A stretch of DNA of 64,000 nt, taken from contig NC_068983.1 in NCBI RefSeq assembly GCF_001194135.2, forward strand, positions 85,616,025 through 85,680,024, given 5' to 3'. This document shows positions 14,870 to 29,142 of the stretch, in pieces. Under the pieces are notes generated by a model. It did not search any database. It saw nothing but the letters and a program-made list of their open reading frames with translations, and was not told where the DNA came from. The translations under genes were made by a program, and so were the position numbers. Each line of letters opens with the position of its first letter. Within the stretch, counting starts at the first letter, position 1. This DNA is from Octopus bimaculoides. Lineage: Eukaryota.

Positions 14870-16130
14870 TCAAATCCTCAAACTCATCATTACTGAATTC
14901 ATTATCAGACTCTAAATCATTACAGGAGAAATCATCATCATCACTGTCACAAATTTGTCTTCATTGCAATCCAAAGTATTAGTGATATCACATTTTTTAA
15001 AAGATTAAACAAAAAATAACTTCAGTATTAATATCAAACCATGACTTCAGTACCCATTCACACATTTAAGATATTGATTGAGCAGTTCATTCTTTTAGTA
15101 GGCATCATGTCACGATTCTCATCTATCATCCATTTATTTCCAATGTTCCCTCATGTTATTCTTAAACGGCTCATTAATGCTGACATCTAGTGGCTGTAAC
15201 TGGAAAGTCACATCACCAGGAATTACTGCCAGCTGCGTATGTGTGTGGCTTCTTTGCAAGCATTTTGATGTTTTCAGACCTTTGAGCATTAAACTAATAC
15301 AAACAGAGAATATTCTCATAGCAGACCACAAGGACACTTAGACCACACCTTTTCCAACCATATCTTGACACTTTCTTCATCCATCCATCTCTCACATTAT
15401 ACAATGACATAAATTCCATTTGGCAGTTTCTTTTCGCAAAGTTTTTTTCTTGGAAATTAACAACAGCAATAGTTTGGTCTTGTTGGCTCAACAAGATAGA
15501 GCAGATCTATTTTAAAACGGGGGCCACATTTTTCATTAATGTTTTACGTAGTGTTTTTGGTACCGAAAGACTTTCAAACTTCGTATACTTATCTATTTTG
15601 TGTTATAGAACAGAAAAATATTTTTGTATTCGAATTTATTTCATGTAAAAAATTGTCTTATTTCGATAATTTCAACCAATCACTGACAAGTATTCAGTTG
15701 TTTACATTTACTTCTTTGGCTGATTAAGCGATGTAAAGCGTATTTAATCTCCATACTTTCGTTTTATTTGCTTTTTTCATTTTAAATTTGCTTTAACCCT
15801 AACCCTAAGGTTAGGGTTAGGGTTAATTGTTTCAGAATCGTTTGTTTATGTAGTCGGCACTTAATGTATATCAGCTGAATGGACGTCAGTGATTGGTTGA
15901 AATTACAGAAATACGACAACTTTAACATGGAATAATTTATGGATTTCTTTTTTTTTTAAGAAGACTAAGAGAAAAAAATGTTTTATATGACACATTCTAC
16001 CAGTGTTCCAAGTTTCAAAGTGTTTCGTTAATGAAAAATGTGGCCCCCGTTTTAAAAAAGATCCGATAGAGCTTCTGTGTGGTGCTGTATCTTATGTCTA
16101 GTACTTTTTCATAGTCACTGATCATCCCTT
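14870..16130 (-). mobile_element. pogo/Tigger-type (DDE_1, CENP-B-like) transposase remnant, interrupted by a MITE
   Basis: ORF 15134-15337 has LAVIPGDVTFQLQPLDVSINEPFKNNMR (pogo IPGGxTxxLQPLDVxxNKPFK). A GWM block lies in ORF 15294-15494, and CDITNTLDCNED near 14960-14995 matches CGISNALDGTED. The frame STRHKIQHHTEALSC*ANKTKL is continuous across the 15503-16064 insertion once one TSD is removed. Confidence 0.88.
15503..16064. mobile_element. Non-autonomous TIR element (MITE) with 8-bp TSD, Merlin-like
   Basis: 37-bp TIRs at 15503-15539 and 16028-16064, 2 mismatches, terminal GGATC. Perfect 8-bp TSD gatagagc at 15495-15502 and 16065-16072. Internal perfect 20-bp IR at 15668-15687 / 15885-15904. 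The Merlin assignment rests on the GG terminus plus the 8-bp TSD; hAT and P elements also make 8-bp TSDs. Confidence 0.9.
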
Positions 16131-17305
16131 ATATATTTATTTTACATTTTATTAGACGGTACATCAACAGCCAAAGAGATTTTGAAATATACTGGCCTTT
16201 ATTTCAATTAATTTTGAAAATTTGGAAAAATTTTAAAATAAAATACTTTTGTCATTATTAATCTGGCATTTGGAACAAATTCATATGAAATTTGATAGAT
16301 TATTAATTTAAATCACTTTGAAACAGGAAGCTTGAATCATAGAAGGAGCAGTCTCAGGCTGGTATCAAAATGGTTAAATTTCCTTCAAATAATGGCATTT
16401 TATTCAATTCTTTATAATTACTTCAGCTAATCTAATAAACAAACTATCAACCTGCTTGAAACAGTACACAGATGCCTGTCAAATCATATCCAGCTATTTT
16501 AGGTGGAAACCTAGAAACAATAACATTAAGATGTTATTTGATCAAAGGCCAGCTTGGTCAATTCTGACTTGGATCTGAGCAACAACTACTATTTCCACTG
16601 ACAAGGGTAGGCTCCAATTTCTTGCTGTTGATAAGTTACTGTTGTGCTGTTTCTGTTATTAAAAAAAAAAAACAGCTTCTATTCCCCTGGACTGCTTTTA
16701 TATGCCCCATCCTATTATCAATACTAATCTTATTAGACCTCATCAGTGAAGAAAAGTCTAATCAAAACTCTTGACTCTTTAGCATTTAAACCAGCCATAT
16801 CCAGCCCAAATATTCTACCTGCTTTACGTTCAAACTGGCCAAATCCAACTTCTTTCACCTACCTACAATGTCAATCTAAAAAATATTCAATGGCTCATCA
16901 AAATCTTGAAAATACAACAAAATGCATAATTTAAATAAAGAAACATTATATTTCACAGAGTAAACTCAATAGTTACCCACAGGGCAAATGCTATCCTTAT
17001 ATGTTCTGCCTTGTTGTTAATAAATACAATAAACTCTAGTGCATTGATTTTCCAAGCAGCCTATGATGTTGTTAAGTCTGCCTTTGTCATGATTGCTAGA
17101 TCTTAAAATGACTAGAAAGACAGAGACTGTGTTTCATAATTGAACTTGAAAATTTCTTAGAGAAGCCAGGTGCATGGAAACTTAACAGCAAAATGGAAGA
17201 TATTATATTTGATATAGTAACCCAAGAAATTATGCCCTTAATTGTGAATGCTAAAGCCACCTGTTGCTAGATATATTTGTAAGGGACTTCTTATCAGGGA
17301 AAAAA

Positions 17306-17345
<40 letters not shown>

Positions 17346-18730
17346 CACACACACACACACATATATATATNNNNNNNNNNNNNNNNNNNNNNNNNNNNNN
17401 NNNNNNNNNNNNNNATGAACATGTATGCAACACTTGTATTACCTTGACAATGAAAAGTAGTTCAGAGACAGACAGAAGCAATAAGTGACAAAATAGAGAT
17501 TTGACAAAACAAAGAAACTGACAGACAGATAAGCAGACAGAGAGGCAGGCAGATAGATATTCAATTAAACAGCCATATTGTCTAATTTCAGCTTCCTTGA
17601 AGACAGAATGACTATGCATTGTTATCTCTACAAATTACTATATGACAGATGAAGAAATTAACATTCACACTTGTTTAGCTTCTCAGAATATTGAATAAAT
17701 ACATACATATGTATATGCACACATACATATGTGCGTATGTGTGCATGTGTGAAATTATTACTCCTATTGATAGATTGGAAGATTGGTTAGAGTATCAGTC
17801 AATATGCCTTGTGATGTTTCTTCTCAGTCTACATTCTGAGCTTTGTTCCCATCAAGGTCAATTTTGCCTTTCATCCTTCTGATGGGGGTCATAAAATTAA
17901 GTACCAGGCAAGAACCATGATCAATTTTACCAACTAACCTCCAACCCTCAAAACTGCTAAACTGCTAACCAAGTTCCTAAATTAGAAATTAGTTTTATAA
18001 CACACACACACTGGTGAACCTCTCACCCACACTCCCCAATCCATGTTCATCACTCACTGCATTCTCCATCTATCCCCATCTTCATCAATCTGCCACTCTC
18101 CTTTCACACTATCACCAACTTAGTTATCTACTCATTCTCCCTGTCCAATCCTCTAAACCATTTCTCTTATATTCACCTGAGGGTATACCTTGACACATTT
18201 TTACCACTGTCTTTTCTGTTTTCCAACTAGGATAGCCATGTATCTCCTCCACAGCAAGAGACTTGTACTTGTCCCTTTATCAACACCTGGTATAAAACCA
18301 CAGCCCCAGTACTACACTTTAATGCCAGTGTAGCATAAAAAAAACCCCAGTACACACAGTAGTGTTTTGCATTAGAAAGGGCATTCAGCTGTGGAAACCA
18401 TGCCAAAGTATACACTGGAGATTGCAGTCCTTTGGCTTCATAAGGTCAGCCTTGTTAACTTTGAAATATTTTATTGCCAGATATGAATCTTATTACAGGT
18501 ATTCTAGATGCATCTCTTGCATGTCAAAAAGACTTTCTTATTGTTGGCAACATAAACTCAAGGTAGCTGAAGTCACTAATCTTGAGTTGGAGGCCATCAT
18601 TCCAACAAATTGACAGGTGGCTTTTATCCTCCCTGATGGGCATGTACTCAATCTACACACACATACACACACACAAAATGTTTGTATGCATATGATACAT
18701 GCATACACATGTATACATACAGATGAATAT

Positions 18731-18784
<54 letters not shown>

Positions 18785-18839
18785 ACATATGTATACACTT
18801 GTGCATATATATATATATATACACACATGTATATTTATT

Positions 18840-18975
18840 GGGCCTCATAGAGGCAAAGTGGCTAAGCTCCTGGGCCGCATGGAGGCAAAGTGGCCAAGCT
18901 CCTGGGCCGCATGGAGGCAAAGTTCCTTTCGAACAGGCCTCATGGGGGACGAGGTGGCTGAGTTCCTTTCAAGCA
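18840..18975 (+). repeat. 32-bp GC-rich minisatellite at the 5' end of a (GAT)n-tailed repeat
   Basis: gggccgcatggaggcaaagtggccaagctcct: units at 18840-18871 and 18872-18903, then degenerating copies. Confidence 0.85.
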
Positions 18976-19152
18976 TTGTGCCTCACGCATGGAGTGGTTG
19001 GCGTTAGGAAGGGCATCCAGCCATAACCATCGAGCATGCCAGCCCAGTCAAACCATCCAACCCACGCCAGCATGGACAACAGACACTAAATGATGATAAT
19101 GATAATATACATATACACGCATACACACATATGTAATTAACATGCGTGCACA

Positions 19153-19183
<31 letters not shown>

Positions 19184-19221
19184 GCGTGTGCATGTGGGAG
19201 TATAATATATGTATGTGTGTA

Positions 19222-19419
19222 TTCTTTTACTTTCTTTTACAAGTTTCAGTCGTTTGACTGTGGCCATGCTGGAACACTGCCTTTTAGTCGAACAAATCGA
19301 CCCTAGGACTTATTCTTTGTAAGCCTAGTACTTATTCTATTGGTCTTTTTTGCCAAACCGCTAAGTTACGGGGACATAAACACACCAGCGTCGGTTGTCA
19401 AGCAATGGTGGCAGGGACA

Positions 19420-19495
<76 letters not shown>

Positions 19496-19666
19496 CACAC
19501 ACACACGACAGGCTTCTTTCAGTTTCCGTCTACCAAATCCACTCACAAGGCTTTGGTGGGCCTGAGGTTATAGCAGAAGACACTTGCCCCAGGTACCATG
19601 CAGTGGGACTGAATCCGGAACCAAGTGGTTGGTAAGCAAGCTACTTTACCACACAGCCGCTCCTGC
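19222..19666 (-). mobile_element. Dominant-family SINE, full-length copy
   Basis: Reverse complement of the 9998-10431 element along its whole length. Confidence 0.9.
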
Positions 19667-22600
19667 ATCTATACATATGTATATTTTATTCAAAAATTGC
19701 CCACACTAATCACCAATTGAAACTGAACATACAAGCAGTACTTACACTTCTGACTTTAAAGGACTTGAGAATCCAGAGACAATCATAAACATAACCTCCA
19801 TCCACCATTAATACAACCACTACTGCTGCTGCTAGAATTCTTATTTTATTTATTTTAATTTTTGTTAATAATGATTTATATAGCATTGTAGAGTAGCTCA
19901 CAGCTAGTCTCAGCCTACTTAGATTCAGCTGCCTGGTGTGCCATCATTCTCATGGGCTAGAGTAATGATGCCCACTCAATTCTCCACATGACTTTATATC
20001 ACTTACGCTGGAAACCACTCAATATTTAAATAGTGTTCAATAGTAAATTCAAACTTTTAATGGTAGATATGTGCGGAATATAAAGTAGTTAGTTCAAAGA
20101 AAACAGGATTTACATACAGTGTTGTTCAATAAATACATAAGACTTTAAAAAAAAAAAAACTTTTAAAGCCACAACCATGAGAATTACAAGAAAGCATAAT
20201 AAATCAGTTTATGTTCTAAGAATATTATACTATCAATCTTATTCTTCTTTAAACACATGCCACAATATCTTCTAGGTGACAAAACAATACCACAAATACA
20301 CCTCATTTTTTAAATTATTTATTCTCTTACTTGTTTTAGTCATTTGATGGCAGCCATGCTGAAGAGCCAGCCACCCTTTAGTCGAAGAAGTTAACCCCAG
20401 GACTTACTCTTTGTAAGCCTGGGACTTATTCTATTTGTCTCTTTTAATGAACCGCTAAGCTACGGGGACATAAACACACTAACATTAGTTGCCAAGTGAT
20501 GATGGTGGGGACAAACAAACACAAACACACACACACAACAGGTCTCTTTCAGTTTCAGTCTACTAAATCCACTCACAAGGCTTTGGTCAACCTGAGGCTA
20601 TAGTAGAAGACACTTGGCCAAGGTGCCATGCAGTGGCACTGAACTCAGAACCGTGTAGTTGGGAAGCAACCGTTTTACCACACAGCCATGTCTGCACCTA
20701 AAAAAATATCACTTGAGGTTACAGCAAGTATATGAAATCTGGACATTACCGTCATGTAAAATTCTTAATGTAAGGCAATTTATTCTACTCACCATATTCA
20801 ACCTATCATCATCATTCAATGTTCACTTTTTCATGCTTGCATTAGCTGGATGGTGTTTATTTAAGACAGATTATTTTAAGGCCAAATACTCTTCCTGTTG
20901 CCAATCCTTGCCTGTTCCTAAGCAAGATAAATATTTCCCCATGGCCAGACACGTTAGCAAAGAATATTGAAAATGAATAACACTGCTTGTATGACAACAA
21001 TCATTTACAATTATCAAGCAATGTCAAAACAAAGATGGACACACATATGCACACACATTACAGACTTCTTACAGTTTCCTTTCAACCAAATCCATTCACA
21101 TGCCTTTGGTCAATCTGGGGCTATATTAGATTGAACCTGGAACCATGTAGTTGGGAAGCAAACTCCTTACCACACAGCTACACCTATACCTATATGATAA
21201 CAAAAATGAAAAGAACATTTCCTAATCACCAAAGTGGCTTATTCCAGAATTGTTGCAAAGCTCTGGTTTCCTGGTAGTAGGTAGAGGAGAATTGACTTTC
21301 ATAGGTGACCTGGTATCTATTCTCACTAGACAGGTAAATTGAGGTAATATATATTAATAATGTGTTCTGTACAGAAACACAAATTAATTGCAACAGATTT
21401 GAACTCAAATATTTTAGGGCAGGTGATCCAACAGATATCATTACTACTTCACATTTGAGTGGTGATGGTGGTGGTAGTTGCAGTGGCAGCAGGGGTGATT
21501 GTTTAGCTCCAGACCAGACCTAATTCAGCAGACTTTGGTCACTCGGACTTTTACCTCATGTGCAAGGAACTCGGAACCACATCAACTAATATGTCCTGAG
21601 GTAGATTTGGTAGCTCATTTTCACAGGTTAAAAGACCACAAAGAAACTCCCTTGATAGCTCAGCCAGATAAGAAATTCTTATAAATATTTGAATTTACAG
21701 AATTATCCACTCTATGGTAACATTGAGAAAATGACTACAAAAACATTAACTAAATCTAAGAGAAATTTGTAATGACTTTATATTTTTACATTTTTAAGAA
21801 ATTACCCATTTTTTAAACATTAATGATAACTTCCGATTCATTTTCTTTTCTTTCTTCTCTTCAATGAAAAAAGAGAAACAGGAATGAAATGCAACAGACT
21901 TTGTAGAAATCATTAACTGTGTCTTAATTTAATACAATGTATTGAGAAAGGAAAAAAAAAGAAACAAACAAAACTGAAAGCCATCAGCTTCATATAGTTC
22001 TCAGAGTATAGCAATAGAAATGTAGAGATGCAGGTAGGTTCCTAACTTGATTGCCAGTTCCATTGGTCAAAATGAATAAATAAATAATAAACTCTTATAT
22101 CTATAATCATCATTGATTATTTTGGTAAATCTCAAACAAAAACATAATAGGGAAAGAAACAGGGGCAGCAGTAGGAGGTGGAGATGAGGGAGAGAGAGAT
22201 TTCAGTTACTTATTCATCACTTAATAGCAGAAGCTTAAGTTCTGTGATGGACCTCTCTGATGGATATTGGCAGAATAAGTAACAGGATGTATTTATTTAC
22301 TGAATGAAATATAAAAAAAAAAAAACAATCAGTTTAAACAAACCAATTCAAAAAGACATGTCCATAACACATTTTCTCAAAATTCTTAACTAGACATTGT
22401 AATATCATAATAGCAAATTGACATGGAACTGAAGTGAGAAAATATTTCCATTGTAGTATGAAAGAGATATGAATCTTAAAATACAAAAGCATGAAACATT
22501 CTTCTTGTCCTTTGATATTAAAGCAAGTGGGCAAATTGAATGAGTGTAAAGATCTCAACCAAAGATTTCAACGATTCATACCATTTAACTGGCACTTAAT

Positions 22601-23602
22601 CCAAAGCCAAAAAACACTTCACTGTCTGTGATTCAATATCATGTATCGGTACAACGGTAGCTTAGATTACAGTACTGAGTTCAAGGACGCACTTGCACAA
22701 CCAGAAAGAAGTCATGCAGTGTATTACATCTCAGCGACTGAACAATAATAATCAGTAGTATCACCCTGAAGTTCAATCTACCAAAAGATAAAGAAAAAAA
22801 AGCAGTTGAAAAGAACCAATCCAGTTACAGGCCAACAAAGAAACAAAAACGCATCTATATGGTTGCACCACCTGCAAGGAATAGTAGTTGAATCTCCCAT
22901 CAAAAGAAAAGACATTGGAAAATGTTGTCCTTGGAAAGGTAACAGCTTGAACTTCTTTGATCTTATGTCTGTTCAAACAGTGCTTGTTACCAACCTGGCT
23001 GAAACTGGCTCTGAGTACAAATGTCTTGTTTGCTTAAGTTTTGAATTAAAATCTTCCACCAAACCTTAGTCACAATTTACATTCCAAACACTAGCTGAAT
23101 GAGAACTAAGTTATTTTACTAAATTCTTTGTTATAGTTAAAAGTAATTGAAAGAAACACAGAGCATCTCAAAATAAATACAGTTATGAAAGGATTAAGTA
23201 AGCTAAATAATATCTCACTTTTTATATTAATGTTCTAAGACTAGTACCAAATATAGTACAGCAGGAAAAAAAAACACCAGATATCAAAACAAAAAAATGT
23301 AAGTAATAACAGCTTCTTGTTTTTGTTTTTTTAAATATGGTTCTATTTATTTAATTGTATTTAGAACAGTAAATGGGAGAAAACAGTAGAATGCTAAACT
23401 ATATAAATGTCTTATAAAATATTTAGTCATGTCTTTTTGTGTTCAGGGTTCAAAATCTGAGAGCCAAATCTGCTGCTCCTTTTTCAAAGGAAGAGGGGGA
23501 TGTGCCAATGAAATAAGTACAGCCAAGTAGTGCTTTTAATTAAAACTTGCAGCTGTGAGAGTTAAAATTCTTTATAGAGTGGAACAGGAAAAATATATTA
23601 TA

Positions 23603-24023
23603 CCTTTAGCATTTAAACCAGCCAGATCAAGCTTAAATACTCCATCTGTTTTATGTTCAAACTGTCCAGATCTGGCCTCTTACACCCACCCTTCAATGTC
23701 ATTCTGAAAATAAAAATAAACAATTGGCCCTCATGCCGGTGTGGCACGTAAAAGTACCCACTACACTCTCAGAGTGGTTGGCATTAGGAAGGGCATCCAA
23801 CTGTAGAAACTCTGCCAAATCAAAACGGAGCCTGGTGCAGCCATCCGGCACGTCAGTCCTCAGTCAAACCATCCAACCCATGCCAGCATGGAAAGTGGAT
23901 GTTAAACGATGATGATGAACTGCATATTTGAAATCTTGACGCTACAAGATAATGCATGATGAATTGAAATTGATGTGAATATATGAGCATTGCATTTGAC
24001 AGAGTAATCTAAATGCTAAAGAG
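23603..24023. mobile_element. piggyBac-like MITE (same family as 1010-1399) with nested repeat at ~23725-23918
   Basis: Ends cctttagcattt and aaatgctaaagag|ttaa. The nested insert ends in gttaaacgatgatgatga. A further fragment lies at ~16777-16960. Confidence 0.7.
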
Positions 24024-25527
24024 TTAAGAGTGGAATTTAATTTTGCCCTTTTGCATTCGGACTTCAAATCATGCTGGGAATGACCTTGCTTTTCTTCCTC
24101 CTACTGGTTATGATAAAAATACTGATCATGTACTGATCTCACTATAACCCCTACACTACAAAACTGTGCCCTTGTACCAATGTAAGCAACTATTATTTAC
24201 ACTCATCAATAATAATAAAGAAATTAAGCTAACCATTGGTCCCAAAGACTGCAGGCTTTCACAGAACCATAAACGGTTTCTAACATAGGCACAAAGCCAC
24301 AAGTTTTATGGTTGGTGTTTGCTGTGAACACAAACTGCACTGCTTATGCAAAGGACATAAAAGACTGTATTGTTTGTAAACTAACGCTGTTGCTCCTTTG
24401 TGTTGATCAGATGTGATGCGTGTGAGTGCTCTGAATATATTTGTGCATCACTTTGCCTTTTTTGCTGTATGTGAATGTTGTAGAAGTACTGAATAAAACT
24501 CTTAATATTCTTTTCTTATATGAGTGCATAGAATTTTTATTTCGTGACACATGATAGTTCATACCATTTGATGATCTCTCATAGAACTGATCCACTTCGG
24601 AATTATCTTAGCCACAGATGCAATGAAATGGTGGTGACAAGATACAAACAACCATTCTTGGTTTGTTATCCATTACCACATCAGCAAAACCATTTTTGCA
24701 CTCTGTAATTTTCTACATTGATATTTAATTGAACACTAAGATGACAGAACATTAACAAACTTGACCAAAGAGTCTTCTAATGACTGACATTATTGAGCTG
24801 GATTTTCTTAAATATACCTGTTTTCTGTTAAATGCAAATTCAAGGTCTTTATCAACGGTATTAGCATAGTAACACAGATACACAAGTAAATTATCTTGAA
24901 CATGGAATCAAAAAACAAGTCAGGCTATATATAGAGGGGGGGGGTAAAGATCTTTGAACATAAATCAACATAAATCTAATACATAATTACTTTTCATTTG
25001 TTATTTATTTCTAGTTAATGTTTTTTCAAGTTATTTGTCAAGAAGGGTAGCATCTCTACAATGAAATTAACAGTGGATTTAAACAAACTTGCCTACCCAC
25101 TCAGTAGAAATATTCCAATCTTCTTACTGAAGCATAAACAGGTAGAAATACAACAACTGATATCCAAATGAGATGAGAAGTGATATCCATCCAACTTCTA
25201 GTAACAAAGTAACACATAATTTTATTATATCAAAATGGCCCAAAGTGAGCAGGTTAAAATGACTAAGTTACCATCAGATATAAACAAAGACTAAAAGTGA
25301 AGAAACTATGAAGTTAATAGTTTGTTTCAAAAATAAGAATGGAGAGACAGAATCCAAAATAAAACTTTAAAAAAAAAATGAACATAGACCTACAACCAAC
25401 GTTAGTTTCTAAACAAAGGAAAAGCACTACAGAATTAAAACGCTACTTACAGTTTAGCAGAGTATCCCAGAAGTGATACAAAAACTAAGGAAACTGATCT
25501 CACATGGATACCAATCTTTTGTTATGC

Positions 25528-25584
<57 letters not shown>

Positions 25585-25750
25585 CACACATGTACACATA
25601 CCAGACAAAGAAGTGTTGAGTATGTAACAAAGAGCTCAGTATATACTCTGTACTTGTCAGTACTAGCAACAAAGAAGTTTCCAAGTAGGAAAGGGAGAAT
25701 ATAGCATAGATATATTTATTTATAGCAACACAACTGAACAAAGGACATAG

Positions 25751-25799
<49 letters not shown>

Positions 25800-27186
25800 A
25801 TATATATATATAATTACATAAAATTAAAATAACACCTCTTATCTTGGGTGGGGAGATGAGGTAGTGAAGTGAATAAAGAAATAAATATTAGGATGACAAA
25901 ATGTTACAGAGTAACATCTGCCGGCTTTAATTGAAAAACTATCACTAATCTTTAGATAATCTTTAAAGTGTAACAGGTTTAAAGCAGGCACATGTGAATA
26001 GACTTCTTCAGGAAAATGTAAGCTTGTTGCCCTGCCAAAGTATAATGATACAGATTGTTTTGAAGACAAAGGGCCAAACTCTCTGAAATTCACCAGATTG
26101 CTTTTGGTAGTTATTCCACAATAAGGTTTACTAAAAAAAAGGGATGAGAATATTATCACTATCATCGTCATTTAACAGTCACTTTTCCATGCTACAAGGG
26201 TCAGATGGAATTTGTCAGGGCAAGATTTTCTGTAGCCAATTTGGCCCTTCTCTCACCTGTTTTCCAAGCAAGGTAATATCTCACTATGGTCACACATGTT
26301 TTGCATGGAAAACTGTAAACAAATAACATTGCTTTTAGGATAGTCTTGCTTGTTTACAACTTTCATATGATTTCGAGGTAAGGGTACATGCATGCACACA
26401 CACTCACACATTTATGCATATGTGTGTGCATGTGTGTTATATATGTATAGAAAGCTTCTTTCACTTTCCAAATTCACTTGCAAGGCTTTGGTCAGCCCAG
26501 GACTATAGAAGACACTTGCCCAAGGTACCACACAGAGTAGGGCTAACCCAAGGCCAGAGGCTGGAAAGCAAGCTTCTTATATACACATCCATGCTTGAGC
26601 CTATAATATATTTATTTATTACAAATAATGCTTGGATATGCAAAGACAGAGGGAAAAGGAATGGGATAGAGAGAGAAGAAAAAATTTATAAAACCAAAAT
26701 CTAAAATACTCCTTTTTTTTTATTTGTGCAGAGTATCCTTCAGTTTTAACCAACATCTTAAAAGATTTTTCTGAATAAAGTCCAGAAGTCCTTAGCTAAA
26801 ATCCAAGGGACGTCCTTCATAAAGCCACTGCTAAGATAAAAAAGGATTAAAATCCAAAATGTTACATTATCAATTCCAAACTTATACACAATGTCATAAT
26901 TTGAGTGGACAGGAATTTGTGACATGCATACCTTTTCTCAAATGGAACAGGTTAAGGAATTAGCATCAGCCAGTAACTGAGACAGGTTTAAATCTTTCTT
27001 ATTCCACAGCTCTACAATAAAATATTACAAAATGAAAGGAAGAAAGCTGAGGGTTAGGGGGAAGGAGCACACAACACACAACAGATACACATGCAATGCA
27101 TTACAATGTGTTTGATAACAGCATTTGGTAGTCAGGTATTTCTGACTTTAGGACACTCTTCTATAGAGACAAACCAAAGCAAAGTG

Positions 27187-27336
27187 CAGGTATGGGAAAC
27201 CTTTTCCAAGAAGCGCGATGCATGAGATATGGCTCATCAAGCTGCACTGCTAAAAAAAATCCAAGTTAATATTTTGTTAGTTGCACCATCCAGAAAGTTC
27301 TGTGAGCTGCATGCATCCACAGGTTGCCCATGACAG
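27187..27336. mobile_element. Possible hAT-type MITE remnant
   Basis: Degenerate inverted ends caggtatgggaaacct / aggttgcccatgacag resemble hAT CAGGGGTGGGCAAAC termini. No TSD was resolved. Confidence 0.35.
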
Positions 27337-29110
27337 GTATAGTGAGTTTCTTTCTATTACTGAAACAAGCCCAGGTGTAGTTTTGTTTCATGGAGATACA
27401 CCTGGGCACTGAGTGCTTCCACAAAGACCACAAAAATAAAGCCAAGAGCTATACACCATTAAAGCTACATACATCAAGAGTGGTATTTAAGCAAGTAAAC
27501 AGTTCTTAGTATCCTATCAGAACTAAGAACATTGACTTCTCAAAAACACAACAGTTAAGCCAAGTAACTACATAAACGAATGACTATTTTCCAGCAGAAT
27601 GTTAGTCAAAGCTCCTAGCAACAAATCTAATCTTTATCTCAGAGAGAGGGAGAGAGAGAGGTGGAGGAAGAGAGATGCTAAAATGAAAGCTCTGAATTAG
27701 AAAAACATTAGAATAACAGCTAAATGAGAGACAGAGAGAAAATGATTGAGCAGCTAAGACAGCTGGAGAACTGCTGTAAGAAATGTTGTCAGAGTCCATA
27801 ATAAAAGATAAATAGAAAAGTCAGTGACAGTTACTACACAGATCAATACAGTTGACCAGCTAAAATAGCAGCTGACCAACAACAGAAAAAGCAGATGTTA
27901 TTAACCCTGGTCAACTCTGACTGAGCAGACAAATGATCAAAGGCAGGTTTGTACACTAGGGTCTACAGTGTCAATGTCTCCAGCTATGTAAGATGATACA
28001 TAGGGCTATGATGATTTGAGATAAATTTGGCTGCTACTTCAACTACAGAAAGACTGCCTTGCTGGATTGGATAAAAGGAGAATGCCTTCTTAGATTTTCT
28101 TCCCTAGTTCTTCTACAGTTAAAAACTCCACTAAACCTGAAAAAAATTTGTTTACAACTATTATGTTTGTATATTTATACTGGCCTTCATGTGTCATGCA
28201 TGGAGATCATCGTCTCTGATCAAAAACATTCCAGTAGCACCCATCTCCCTCCCTCCCTCCCCCTCTCCCTCTCTCTCTCTCTCTCTCGTAAGGGTATGAT
28301 TTAAGAGATCTTTTATCTTTTACATGTTTCAGCCATTGCACTACGACCACGCTGAGGCACTACCTTGAAGAAATTTTTAGCCAAATGTATTATTTTTTAA
28401 AGGCTGGTACTTGTTCTACTAGTTTCTTTTGCTGAGCCACTAAGTTATGGGGATGTAAACACCAGCGCTGGTTGTCAAGTGGTGGTAGGGGGACAAACAC
28501 AGACATAAAGACACACACATATATATATATACATATATATAATGGGTTTCTTTCAATTGCTGTCTACCAAATTTACTCAAAAGGCTTTGGTCAGGCCAAG
28601 GCTATAATAAAAGACACTTGCCCAAGGTGCCCCACAGTGGGACTGAACCCGGAACCATGTGATTGGGAAGCAAGCTTCTTACCACATAGCCATGGGAGAG
28701 GGGGATCTCAAGCCCATTGAATGACCACATAAAGGTTTAGTCATTGGCTTAATTTCAGGTGATGTTAAAGTGAAGTATCTTTTGACATTATCATTCCCAA
28801 TTGAGTATCACCGTCCTTGAAAACTTATGTAAGTTCTGATGCTGTTGACCGAGATCACTGGTTTCAACAGCAATGTAGGTAACAGCTGCACAACATGGTG
28901 AATTGAATGTTCTCAACTGGAATACTTTTGTTTGATTATCAGGGCTGATCTGAGACCTGTACACAACAACAACAACAGTTCCCTTCAGGTAAACCATGAT
29001 TGATCAAAAGCATTCCAGCTGTGGTCCTCTCATCCATCATACTGTGCTGCAGTTGCTTCTATTGATGTTACTTCTTATACTAGTTGTCTAAGCAAATGTT
29101 TATTCTCTTA

Positions 29111-29142
<32 letters not shown>

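Noticed and set aside
15793-15826. Telomere fusion scar or chromosome end
   Set aside because: Only two repeats per arm, the opposite orientation to an end-to-end fusion, and embedded in a TSD-flanked MITE.
18840-18975. CRISPR-like repeat spacing
   Set aside because: The units are directly adjacent with no unique spacers, the context is eukaryotic, and there are no cas genes.
22625-22690. Possible C/D snoRNA or miRNA
   Set aside because: The C box is non-consensus, there is no terminal stem or hairpin, and it matches no conserved miRNA I can recall.
24578-24705. Short open frame TDPLRNYLSHRCNEMVVTRYKQPFLVCYPLPHQQNHFCTL
   Set aside because: About 40 codons, expected by chance, and no family motif.
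28759-28828. Plus-strand exon candidate with strong AG/GTAAGT
   Set aside because: Stops in all three frames and no supporting neighbours. Likely a pseudo-exon.
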